Positions 36,115 through 44,509 of a stretch of DNA of 48,705 nucleotides are shown here, in pieces. The stretch is from contig JAHFSD010000004.1 of NCBI GenBank assembly GCA_023265925.1, positions 1-48,705 on the forward strand, read 5' to 3'. The notes beneath the pieces were generated by a model, which was not told the DNA's origin, searched no databases, and saw nothing but the letters and a program-made list of their open reading frames with translations. This DNA is from an archaeon (GTDB taxonomy: Archaea > Nanobdellota > Nanobdellia > Woesearchaeales > GW2011-AR9). Position 1 is the stretch's first letter; every line of letters begins with the position of its first letter. Made by a program: the position numbers and the translations under genes.

Positions 36115-36642
36115 ATGAAATGCGACTATTGCGACTTGCTGGAACGGAACGACGGCATCCTCTATCAGGACAGTGAGGTGGTTATTGCCGTCAAGGAAAC
36201 CGCTCTCACTCCGGGACAGATTACCATCTTTACCAAAGAGCATTTTACCATCCTGGAGATGATTCCCGATGAAATCCTGGCCAAGTGCGCGACGGTCGCC
36301 AATAAAGTTGGCATTGCTGTGTTTGAAAGCCTGGGGGCACAGGGCACGAACGTGATTATTCAGAATGGCATTCCGGCCGGGCAAAAGATTCCCCATGGCG
36401 CCCTGGAGATCATCCCCCGGCGGGAGAAGGACAATCTGCCCTTGCAGTGGAAGCCCCAGCAGTTGATGGACGAGGAGATGGATACGGCCTACCTGACGAT
36501 TAAGCAGGAAGCGGATAAACTGGTGGATATTGGAAAAAGGCAGGAGAAGAAGCAGGTGGTGATAAAGCCGGAGAAAGGAAAAATTGAAGCGGAGGAAGGA
36601 AAAGAGAATTATCTGCTGAAGTCGCTGAAGAGGATGCCGTGA
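36115..36642 (+). CDS. Degenerate HIT-family protein
   Basis: CDYC, PGQITIFTKEH, NG..AGQKIPHGALEIIPR. Confidence 0.85.
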   Translation: MKCDYCDLLERNDGILYQDSEVVIAVKETALTPGQITIFTKEHFTILEMIPDEILAKCATVANKVGIAVFESLGAQGTNVIIQNGIPAGQKIPHGALEIIPRREKDNLPLQWKPQQLMDEEMDTAYLTIKQEADKLVDIGKRQEKKQVVIKPEKGKIEAEEGKENYLLKSLKRMP

Positions 36643-37193
36643 TGGAAGGTAAGCAAATGAGTGAGAAAGCTCAACCGATAAAGCCTGAAGAGGTAAAAAT
36701 AGAGATTATTAATGAACGGCACATTGTCACTGGTTTTACTTCTTACGAACAGGATTTAGTTGACTTTCTTATCGAAGATGCGCTCCAGAATCAGAAGCTG
36801 CGCTTATCAGTTACTTTTTTGTGGTTTTACAGAAGTCAGCTGGTTTCGTACGTCACTCTCCTGAATGATAAGATTAATTTGGAGGGTGACCTCAAAGAAT
36901 TCTTCCAGGAAAAGGAAATTTGTTACGCCTCCTTACCAGCATTAAAAATAGGGAGATTGTGTGTTGATGATTGCTTTCTAAAACGAGGATTGGGAAGACA
37001 GCTGGTCTTATTCTCTATAGAGAAAGCAAAAGAGATTCATCGGGATAAAGCTGGATGCCGATTTGTTACCGTTGATGCAAAAGGGAACTCTGCTGATTTT
37101 TATAAAAAGCTGGGATTTAAAACTTTCCCAAGGCAAACAGGAAGAGGAACAATCTTTATGCACTTTGATCTTCTGAAGTCCCCATTACTTTAA
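36639..37193 (+). CDS. GNAT acetyltransferase of toxin (TacT/AtaT-like) type
   Basis: L.DFL.EDAL, PALKIGRLCVD, RGLGRQL, GCRFVTVDA, FYKKLGF. Confidence 0.88.
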   Translation: MMEGKQMSEKAQPIKPEEVKIEIINERHIVTGFTSYEQDLVDFLIEDALQNQKLRLSVTFLWFYRSQLVSYVTLLNDKINLEGDLKEFFQEKEICYASLPALKIGRLCVDDCFLKRGLGRQLVLFSIEKAKEIHRDKAGCRFVTVDAKGNSADFYKKLGFKTFPRQTGRGTIFMHFDLLKSPLL

Positions 37194-37329
37194 ACTTTAT
37201 CTTCGATGCTTCCTCCAGCAATCTTATTCTCTCAGGCGAAGGATTCTTTTGTTCTTCAAAGACGTCTTTCAGGAATTGTATTGCTGCCTCTCCTTTCAAT
37301 GTTGGTGTTGGTTCTATTGGTTTAGCCAT
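37156..37329 (-). CDS. Small protein, probable antitoxin of the GNAT
   Basis: MAKPIEPTPTLKGEAAIQFL. ATG at 37329 with TTTATATA upstream on the minus strand. Overlaps the GNAT 3' end. Confidence 0.6.
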   Translation of the reverse strand: MAKPIEPTPTLKGEAAIQFLKDVFEEQKNPSPERIRLLEEASKIKFKVMGTSEDQSA

Positions 37330-37384
37330 ATCCTTTTTGGAATACCGAGAACTATATAAATTTAACCCCAAAAATCTTTTTTCT

Positions 37385-37570
37385 TCAGACCCCTTTCAGC
37401 CTCAACCGCGGCGGCGTCTTCTGCTGCAACGTCTCTAACGCCAGGTTTTCCACATACTCAACAATCTGTTTTCGTTTTTCCTCGACAATCTGCAGCTGCT
37501 GCAGAAACAAGTCCAGGCGCCGGTTTTTGGCGGCTTCCTGTTTTTCTTCCCGTTTCAATTTTTTTTTCAT
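37385..37570 (-). CDS. Small basic hypothetical protein
   Basis: 61-aa ORF with a TATA-like TTTAAAA about 25 nt upstream. Confidence 0.5.
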   Translation of the reverse strand: MKKKLKREEKQEAAKNRRLDLFLQQLQIVEEKRKQIVEYVENLALETLQQKTPPRLRLKGV

Positions 37571-37603
37571 ACTGCCCAGAACGGCGTAGCTCTTTTTAAA
37601 CTT

Positions 37604-38149
37604 TTACTTTACCAAGCCCGGTCCTCCTTCCAGCTCTTCTTTCCGCTGCGTCAGTGCTACCGAATATTTCTCCTGCACTTTAAGCGGCAATTTCTCATAC
37701 AGTAAATTCATTTCCTCATACTGCTGTTGCTGCTGCTCCAGCGTTCCGGCGTCGTGCTCCAGCAGCAGCTGTAATTTCTTCTCGGCTTTCAGCTGCCCTT
37801 CCAGTTTCTCGCGCAGCTGCGTCACCCGCCCATAAAAGTTCTGCTTATCCCGTTCCGGCAGTTTCAGGTAGAGGGTATAGATTTCCAAGTATTTGTCTTT
37901 CAGCGTTTCCAGAGATTCTACCGGGATTAATGTTTCAATCTGTTTTAACCTTTTCCGTATTTTCCGCGCCTTGCCCACGAGTTGGAAAATAATGATGGGC
38001 GTGCCGATCAAGCCGATGACCGCCACCAGCAGCAGCAACACTAATTTAAGCTCTTCATTCTTCACTAAAAAATAGCCGGTCGAGAGCCCGCCAATGATCA
38101 TGACCAGCAGGATGAAAGAGAGTACCACGGAACCTCGTTTGTTGGCCAT
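37604..38149 (-). CDS. Two-TM membrane protein with cytoplasmic helical repeats
   Basis: MANKRG|SVVLSF (class III-like leader), two TM segments, repeated Y..LP...(K/Q)..Y. Confidence 0.75.
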   Translation of the reverse strand: MANKRGSVVLSFILLVMIIGGLSTGYFLVKNEELKLVLLLLVAVIGLIGTPIIIFQLVGKARKIRKRLKQIETLIPVESLETLKDKYLEIYTLYLKLPERDKQNFYGRVTQLREKLEGQLKAEKKLQLLLEHDAGTLEQQQQQYEEMNLLYEKLPLKVQEKYSVALTQRKEELEGGPGLVK

Positions 38150-38255
38150 AAGGAAGGTATTTTGCCCAGATTATATAATATTTGCGCTGGAAAAACTCGT
38201 TATCCCCTGAATCCCTCCCTGATCATTTGGCCTGCGGGGAGCGTACGAGTGCGTA

Positions 38256-39746
38256 CTACTGCCAGCGATGATACAGCTCTTCCAACCGCTGCAGCAGCCG
38301 GGTGATCTTCACCCGTTCCTGCACGGTCGTGTCCCGGTTGCGGATCGTAACCGCCTGATCCTGCAAACTGTCAAAATCAATGGTCAGGCTGTAAAAAACG
38401 CCTTGCTCATCAGCCCGGGCATAGCGCCGGCCAATTGCCGCGCTTTCATCATAATAACAGGAAAATTTCTGCTTCACTGCTGAATACACTTCTTCTGCTT
38501 TCGCCACCAGTTCCGGCTTGTTCTTCACCAGCGGAAAGACCGCACAGAAATAGGGCGTCAATTTCTCCGGCAGATGCAGCACCACATAATCCCTTTCCTT
38601 GCTGTATTCATAATTCACGTCCAGCAGGGCATAGACATTCCGATCGACGCCAAAAGATAATTCCAGCACGTGCGGAATGAACTTTTCTCCCGTAGCTTCA
38701 TCGAGGATTTCCATGGTTTGCGTTGACAGGCGCTGATGCCCCGACAGATCATGATCAGTCCGGTAATGGACACCGCCCACTTCGGTAAAGCCGTGCTCGG
38801 CGAGCTCTACTTCGATGTCAAAGTGATATTTATTATAAAATGCTTTCTCCTGCGTGCTTAATTCAGACAGGCGGAATTGGGTCGGAGAAAGATGAAGCTG
38901 CTCCAGATAGAATTGCTGCACTTTCACCAAATGATAGATGTAGAATTTAGGCCAGCCTAGTTGTAATAAATCCTGTGCCGTTCTCTCCACGGCCTTTCCA
39001 CTTCCCCTGTCCCCTACCAGCAGCGTCCTTAGCTGATAATCTTTCACCGCTTCAAATTGCGGATGTTCATTGATCTTTTTTGGATTAAAAAAGATTTGCA
39101 GCTCCGCCTGGGTAAATTCCCGCTGGCGCAGCGTCAGATTGCGGGGCGAGATCTCATTGCGATAGGCCCGCCCAATCAACGCTAATCCCAAGGGCATCTT
39201 TTTCCGCTGGAGCTCGTATTGCAGCTTAAAATTGACGTACGGTGACTGGGCCGTTTCCGGACGTAAGAATGCTCTCCCGGTAGAACCGATCCCCATCTGG
39301 ACGGGGAACATCATGTTCATGACGGCGACTGGTTTCAGGGCGGATTTACACTGCGGGCATTTCAGGTTGTTCTTCTGGATGATGCCGGTTAATTCTTCCG
39401 GAGCAAAGCCTTCCGCTTTTTTCTGGAGCTGCTGCTGAATGAAATGGTCAGCCCGTTCCTTCCAGGCACATTTCGAGCAGGGCACGACGGGATCGATGAA
39501 ATTCTTCAGGTGCCCCGACGCTTCAAACACCTTTTCGTGCATGATGTTGGCTGTTTCAATCTCGAAATAATTATCATCCAGCCCCAGAAAATAGTTCCGC
39601 CAGAGATTCTCAAAGTTCTTTTTCAGCTTGGTTCCCAGATGGCCGTAATCGTACAAGCCGGCCAGCCCGCCATAGATCTCGCTGCTGGGATAGAACAAGC
39701 CTTTCTTCTTGCAGAAAGCGGTGAATTCCGGGATGGTGGGGAACAT
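38256..39746 (-). CDS. glyS: Glycine--tRNA ligase (archaeal/eukaryote-type alpha2)
   Basis: EIYGG..G.YDYG, SGH...F.DP, LRPETAQ, YRNEISPR...REFTQAE, ELSFGVDR, IGRRYARADE.G. Confidence 0.97.
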   Translation of the reverse strand: MFPTIPEFTAFCKKKGLFYPSSEIYGGLAGLYDYGHLGTKLKKNFENLWRNYFLGLDDNYFEIETANIMHEKVFEASGHLKNFIDPVVPCSKCAWKERADHFIQQQLQKKAEGFAPEELTGIIQKNNLKCPQCKSALKPVAVMNMMFPVQMGIGSTGRAFLRPETAQSPYVNFKLQYELQRKKMPLGLALIGRAYRNEISPRNLTLRQREFTQAELQIFFNPKKINEHPQFEAVKDYQLRTLLVGDRGSGKAVERTAQDLLQLGWPKFYIYHLVKVQQFYLEQLHLSPTQFRLSELSTQEKAFYNKYHFDIEVELAEHGFTEVGGVHYRTDHDLSGHQRLSTQTMEILDEATGEKFIPHVLELSFGVDRNVYALLDVNYEYSKERDYVVLHLPEKLTPYFCAVFPLVKNKPELVAKAEEVYSAVKQKFSCYYDESAAIGRRYARADEQGVFYSLTIDFDSLQDQAVTIRNRDTTVQERVKITRLLQRLEELYHRWQ

Positions 39747-39850
39747 GGAATAAGGAGTTTAATCAGAGTTATTAAGTTTATCCCTTCCTCCGGGTTCTAG
39801 TTTTGTACCGCAACATTTAAATACTAAATCTGATATTTAAGATTTAAAAT

Positions 39851-39955
39851 AAAAATCCCAATCGCCCCAAGGGGCGGGGTATTTTTAATGTTGTGAACCC
39901 CGCTCGATATGATTATCAGAGGTACCCAATCGCTGCCAGCAGCGGGGTATCACAA
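39851..39955. repeat. Two related REP/IS200-IS605-end-like palindromes upstream of the AbrB-VapC operon
   Basis: CCC-AAT-CGCCCC-AA-GGGGCG-GGG (39857-79) and TACCC-AAT-CGCTGC-CA-GCAGCG-GGGTA (39923-49). An alternative pairing is possible between 39891-904 and 39941-955. Confidence 0.65.
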
Positions 39956-39958
39956 CAA

Positions 39959-40198
39959 ATGACACTAGCCCATGTTACTCACAGCGGAAACATTTCCCTG
40001 CCAAAATCATGGAGGGAGGAGCTCGGAATAGAGCCGGATTCAGAGGTGTTGATAGAAAAAACAGGTACCACCATTATTATTGAACCGCTTAAACCAAAAA
40101 CACTCCAGGAAACGTTTAAATCCATTGATGAGGAAATCCGTAGGAAGAAAATAGTGTTCACGAGAACAGAGGCGGTAACTGATGATTTCTTCGATTAA
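39959..40198 (+). CDS. AbrB/MazE-family antitoxin (VapB-like)
   Basis: VTHSGNISLPKSWREELGI. Likely start ATG 39959. Confidence 0.85.
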   Translation: MTLAHVTHSGNISLPKSWREELGIEPDSEVLIEKTGTTIIIEPLKPKTLQETFKSIDEEIRRKKIVFTRTEAVTDDFFD

Positions 40199-40556
40199 AT
40201 TTATCGATGCCCATATTTTTATTGAGCGTTGGAGTAATCCCCGGGCCGAGGAGTTTACGAATGCTTTACAACGAGAGCAGCATTGTACCTCCGTACTTGT
40301 TCTGGCCGAAGTGCAGCATAAATTGAGAAAAAAGAAAGTGAAGAACGTTTTTGAATACCTGCGGGGCATCATGGGGGCAATCAAAGTTCATGGTGTAATA
40401 CAGGAAGATCTGTTTAATGCCCTGAAAAATCCTCTCGATATCGGCATTAACGACAAACTCCATCTGGCCGTCATGAAGCGAAATAAAATCTCCACCATTG
40501 TTTCATACGATACCGATTTTGATCAGGATCAGGAGATTACCAGAGAAGAATTATAG
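40182..40556 (+). CDS. vapC: PIN-domain VapC-family toxin
   Basis: FIDAHIF, VLAEV, NDKLHLA, SYDTDFD. Confidence 0.88.
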   Translation: MISSIKFIDAHIFIERWSNPRAEEFTNALQREQHCTSVLVLAEVQHKLRKKKVKNVFEYLRGIMGAIKVHGVIQEDLFNALKNPLDIGINDKLHLAVMKRNKISTIVSYDTDFDQDQEITREEL

Positions 40557-40697
40557 TTTATCGCCGCGCCACTGCTATCCTGGTGAGCGGTCATCGGCTT
40601 GATCGGCAGCTCATCATACCGCAGCTGGAGAAAGAACCAGAAAGCGGCACGTTCAGGGTGCAGCAGATGGGCCGGCCATCGGCAGCGGAGCAGACCC

Positions 40698-40742
40698 TTG
40701 GTAGCCCATAACCACAACATTTAAATATTGGTAGCCCATAAC
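40698..40742 (+). promoter_or_regulatory. TATA box bracketed by a perfect 15-bp direct repeat (candidate operator of the fic gene)
   Basis: TTGGTAGCCCATAAC at 40698-712 and 40728-742; TTTAAATA at 40720-727. Confidence 0.7.
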
Positions 40743-40749
40743 TCCCTAC

Positions 40750-41658
40750 ATGGTCTATGTGGAGAAGATTAAAGTCAAAGGAAGAACTTACTACAAGCTT
40801 GCGCACACGCTGAAGAAGGCCGGCCGGATCACGCATCAGTCCCGGTACCTGGGAAGAAAATTGCCGCCCCCCCGGAAGCTGGAAAAACTGAGAGAAGAAT
40901 TTTTACAGGAGATTAGGCCAGCACGATACCGCTATCTCTCCGCCGAGGACGTGTTCAAAATAGAACAGAAAAAAACAGCCTATCGGCGGGAACTGCAACG
41001 GCTCAGTCCCTTAGAAAGCCAAAAGCGCCTCACCGAATTTATCATCCGCTTTACCTATGACAGCAGCAAATTGGCTGGCGTCCCAGTAACGCTCCGTCAA
41101 ACTTCACTGATTTTAAAGGAAGGGCTTATCCCCAAAGGTATTAAAAGCCTTACCACCATAAAGGAATTGGAAAATCATCAGAAAGGAATTATGGCCATCA
41201 CGACCTACCACGGGCCCCTCCACCTCCCTTTTATCAAAAAACTTCATGCTCTTCTCCTGGCGGGAGTGGACGACTCGATTGCCGGGAAAACCAGAGCTGA
41301 ACTGCAGCGCAACGTAAAACTGGCGGGCACCGTGTACGTCCCGCCACCCTGGACCGAGACACGGAAAGGATTTCAGTATTTTTTCCGCTGGTATAATGCC
41401 GAGAAGAGAAAATTACACCCCTTAGAACTGGCAGCATTAGTCCATCTCAAATTAATTTCCTTACAGCCTTTTGTGGATGGCAATAGCCGCTTGTCACGGT
41501 TATTGATGAATTGGATCTTCTGGAAAAAAGGTTATCACCCGGTGCATATTCCCGTTGAAGATCTGGAGAATTATTATGCAGCACTTGATCGATACCAGAT
41601 AGAACGGAACGAGAAGCCTTTCATAGAGTACATCAAAAAAAAATATTTCCTGAGCTGA
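40750..41658 (+). CDS. Fic/DOC family protein with a variant motif
   Basis: FTYDSSKLAG, IKKLHALL, LISLQPFVDGNSRLSRLLMN. Basic N-terminal domain. Confidence 0.9.
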   Translation: MVYVEKIKVKGRTYYKLAHTLKKAGRITHQSRYLGRKLPPPRKLEKLREEFLQEIRPARYRYLSAEDVFKIEQKKTAYRRELQRLSPLESQKRLTEFIIRFTYDSSKLAGVPVTLRQTSLILKEGLIPKGIKSLTTIKELENHQKGIMAITTYHGPLHLPFIKKLHALLLAGVDDSIAGKTRAELQRNVKLAGTVYVPPPWTETRKGFQYFFRWYNAEKRKLHPLELAALVHLKLISLQPFVDGNSRLSRLLMNWIFWKKGYHPVHIPVEDLENYYAALDRYQIERNEKPFIEYIKKKYFLS

Positions 41659-42864
41659 TTATCTTCTCAGCCATTCCACTTCCTCCTCTTCCAGCTTCAA
41701 TTCTGCAGTCAGCGCGGCCATCGCCCGTGCCTCCGACTTCCGGAAAATCACTTCCAGGTAAGGCAGCTGTTGATATGCCACTTTCTCCGACGTATGGGTC
41801 GCCTCGGCCAACTTCGCGGCAATCTCTTTCTTCTTGGCCCACTTCATTTTTGCCTGCCACATTCTTAGAAAGCGCATCGTCCGCTGGTACTGGACCGGAT
41901 TAGTGTTTTTCTCCACTTTCGCTGACGAAATTCCGGCGGTCAGTAAATTGTTGATATAAACTAAGAAGCGCCAGTGCTGCTGCCTCCTGATCCGGCCCTG
42001 GAAGACGTCTGCTCTTGCCAGGAATTCGTACGCTTTGGCCAAGGCCCGGGGATGGAGATATTCTTTGGGCAGATTCTCATCAATCCAAATTATTACGTCC
42101 TTCAATTCCATATCGACATTCTCTAAAGCGGGCAAGGCCGTTTCGGCTGAGGAAGATTTGAAAATAATTGTTAAGGCCTTCAGGATCGTTTCCGTCCGCT
42201 TGCGGTTGGACAGCTGGGCTACTCCTTCCATTGTAACATTCTTATCCGGAGAACAAACCTGTAGATCAATCAGGGCGGCCCGCAAATCGCCGTCCGCCTG
42301 CCGGGCCAGGGTATTGATCGCTTTTTCGTCATAGTCGATATTTTCCTGCTCGCACACCCAGCGCAGGGCATGGGCAATGGTGCGATATTGTAACGTATGA
42401 TAATCAATGACCTGGCAGCTCTTGGCCAGATTCTTGAATTTGGAATCCTCGACATTGTTGGCAGTTAAAATCAGTGGAAAAGTAGAATTTTCCATCACTT
42501 TCAGCAAGGCCGGGAGACAGCCACGGTCTTCCCTTCCCGAGATGTTATCCACTTCATCCACCAGAATTATTTTTGGGCGGAAGAACAAGGATTGCTGCCC
42601 GACGGCGGAGCCCAGAAACGTCTTTATGGCCTGCTCGTTCCGTACGTCAGAGGAATTGATTTCCACCAGGTCATAATTCAACTGCTTGGCCAGGGCGTAC
42701 ACTGAACTGGTTTTGCCCGTGCCAATCGGACCCAGAAGAAGGGCGGCCCGCTGCGGCTTATTGTTGTAGTTGAAGATGAAATCTTTGAGTTCCGCCACGG
42801 CTTTATCCTGGCCGAAGAGCTGTTGTTCGTTCTTAGGCTGGTAATGGAGGGTGAAGAGGGTCAT
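41659..42864 (-). CDS. rfcL: Replication factor C large subunit
   Basis: Y.PK, GPIGTGKT, EINSSD.R, ILVDEVD, GDLRAALIDL, WIDEN, ADVF.GRI...Q.W. Confidence 0.93.
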   Translation of the reverse strand: MTLFTLHYQPKNEQQLFGQDKAVAELKDFIFNYNNKPQRAALLLGPIGTGKTSSVYALAKQLNYDLVEINSSDVRNEQAIKTFLGSAVGQQSLFFRPKIILVDEVDNISGREDRGCLPALLKVMENSTFPLILTANNVEDSKFKNLAKSCQVIDYHTLQYRTIAHALRWVCEQENIDYDEKAINTLARQADGDLRAALIDLQVCSPDKNVTMEGVAQLSNRKRTETILKALTIIFKSSSAETALPALENVDMELKDVIIWIDENLPKEYLHPRALAKAYEFLARADVFQGRIRRQQHWRFLVYINNLLTAGISSAKVEKNTNPVQYQRTMRFLRMWQAKMKWAKKKEIAAKLAEATHTSEKVAYQQLPYLEVIFRKSEARAMAALTAELKLEEEEVEWLRR

Positions 42865-42913
42865 TTTTAATCTAATGGTGTAAATTTTCCTTCGAAAAAG
42901 AGGTAATCAAATC

Positions 42914-43090
42914 TCATAGAAGTGTAACCATCTCTCGTTTCGTGAGAACGTACAGCAAACTCACCATTTTCTGCTGGTAGAGTTGTTTAGCTTTTTGATA
43001 CACTTCCAACGTTGTTTTTCCAAAAGCAATGATTTGATCATCTAAGAAAGCGACATATTTTCCGGAAAATTGAGGAGGGGTGCTCTTCAT
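42914..43090 (-). CDS. DUF5678-like small protein (not in the ORF track)
   Basis: MKSTPPQFSGKYVAFLDDQIIAFGKTTLEVYQKAKQLYQQKMVSLLYVLTKREMVTLL. TTTAAATA upstream. Followed by an ATGA-coupled stub MRFDYLF... that stops after 14 codons. Confidence 0.75.
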   Translation of the reverse strand: MKSTPPQFSGKYVAFLDDQIIAFGKTTLEVYQKAKQLYQQKMVSLLYVLTKREMVTLL

Positions 43091-43405
43091 AGCAACTTAA
43101 GAGAAGCGGTTTATTTAAATCTTTCCATCAATTTTTTTCATGATGCAACACAGCAGGGACAAATAGTTGTCACATTCACTGCCGATGCTTCTCATGTCCC
43201 TACCATAGTGCCAGAATTTTAAATAATTTCCGCTGGGAAACCACCAATTCGTAATGAGCTTGGTCTGCAGAATACGCTTTCCAACACCACCATCGCACCA
43301 TAGAAACTATTTTAAACCGTCCTTCTCCCCGTCTGGCAGTATTCTGGGGTGTTTAGGTGGCTGAGGTGTTTAGGTGTTTTAGGCAGCTGAGGGAATTGTT
43401 GTGTG

Positions 43406-44509
43406 ATGAAAAGAGCTCTTATAACCGGAATAACCGGACAGGATGGCCCTTATTTAGCCAAATTGCTTCTGGAGAAAGGCTATAAAGTCTTTGGCACGTA
43501 TCGGCGTACGTCTACCCCCAACTTCTGGCGGTTACAGCAGCTGGGAATTATCCAAAAAGTAACCCTCATTCCCGCTGATCTGAGCGACATGGCTTCCTTG
43601 CTGGAAGCGGTTACCACCAGCGATCCGGATGAAATCTATAACCTGGCAGCACAAAGTTTCGTGGGGAATTCCTTTGACACTCCTTTACTCACGACGGAAA
43701 TTGATGCCTCGGGAGCCACCCGCTTCCTGGAAATCATCCGCCACCTGGGAAAAAATATCAGATTTTATCAGGCGTCCACCAGTGAATTGTATGGCGCGGT
43801 GCGCAAAACTCCGCAGGATGAAACTACCCCCTTTATGCCCAATTCTCCCTATGCCGCCGCCAAACTGTATTCATTTCACATGACCAGAATCTATCGTAAG
43901 GCCTACGGTATTTTCGCCTGCAACGGCATCCTGTTCAACCATGAAAGCCCCTTGCGCGGCCTGGAATTTGTCACCCGGAAAATTACCAATTCCGTGGCCA
44001 AGATAAAACTGGGGCTGCAGAGCGAGTTACGATTGGGGCATCTGGAAACCCGCCGTGACTGGGGCTTTGCCCCGGAATACGTTAAAGTGATGTGGCTGAT
44101 GATGCAGCAGGATCACCCTGATGATTTTGTCATTGCTACTGGAGAAACCCATACCGTCGGCGAATTTGCCGAGGAAGCCTTTGCCGTACTCGGCCTGGAT
44201 TGGCGGAAATATGTCAAAGTGGATTCACGGCTGCTCCGTCCTTTAGATGTCAGTCATCTCTGTGGCAGCCCTAAAAAAGCACAAGACGTCCTGGGCTGGA
44301 AGCCCCACGTGACGTTTAAACGATTAGTTGAAATCATGGTTAAAGCTGATTTAGACCGCTGGCAGAAATACCGGCAAGGCAAAATTTTCCCCTGGGATGC
44401 TCCGAGCTATTCGAGCGAAATGGACATCATCAGCCGGACCGTCGCCCGAGAAGGTAAACGACCAGCACGGGGGATAACAAGGCTATTAGGACGCCTAGGT
44501 AGAGGATGA
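43406..44509 (+). CDS. gmd: GDP-mannose 4,6-dehydratase
   Basis: ALITGITGQDG, NLAAQSFV, YQASTSELYG, PYAAAK, LFNHESPLRG.EFVTRK, RDWG. Confidence 0.96.
   Translation: MKRALITGITGQDGPYLAKLLLEKGYKVFGTYRRTSTPNFWRLQQLGIIQKVTLIPADLSDMASLLEAVTTSDPDEIYNLAAQSFVGNSFDTPLLTTEIDASGATRFLEIIRHLGKNIRFYQASTSELYGAVRKTPQDETTPFMPNSPYAAAKLYSFHMTRIYRKAYGIFACNGILFNHESPLRGLEFVTRKITNSVAKIKLGLQSELRLGHLETRRDWGFAPEYVKVMWLMMQQDHPDDFVIATGETHTVGEFAEEAFAVLGLDWRKYVKVDSRLLRPLDVSHLCGSPKKAQDVLGWKPHVTFKRLVEIMVKADLDRWQKYRQGKIFPWDAPSYSSEMDIISRTVAREGKRPARGITRLLGRLGRG

Noticed and set aside
40557-40697. GC-rich stretch between vapC and fic as a gene or ncRNA
   Set aside because: It may be a gene remnant, but no frame gives a recognisable protein and no stable fold is evident.
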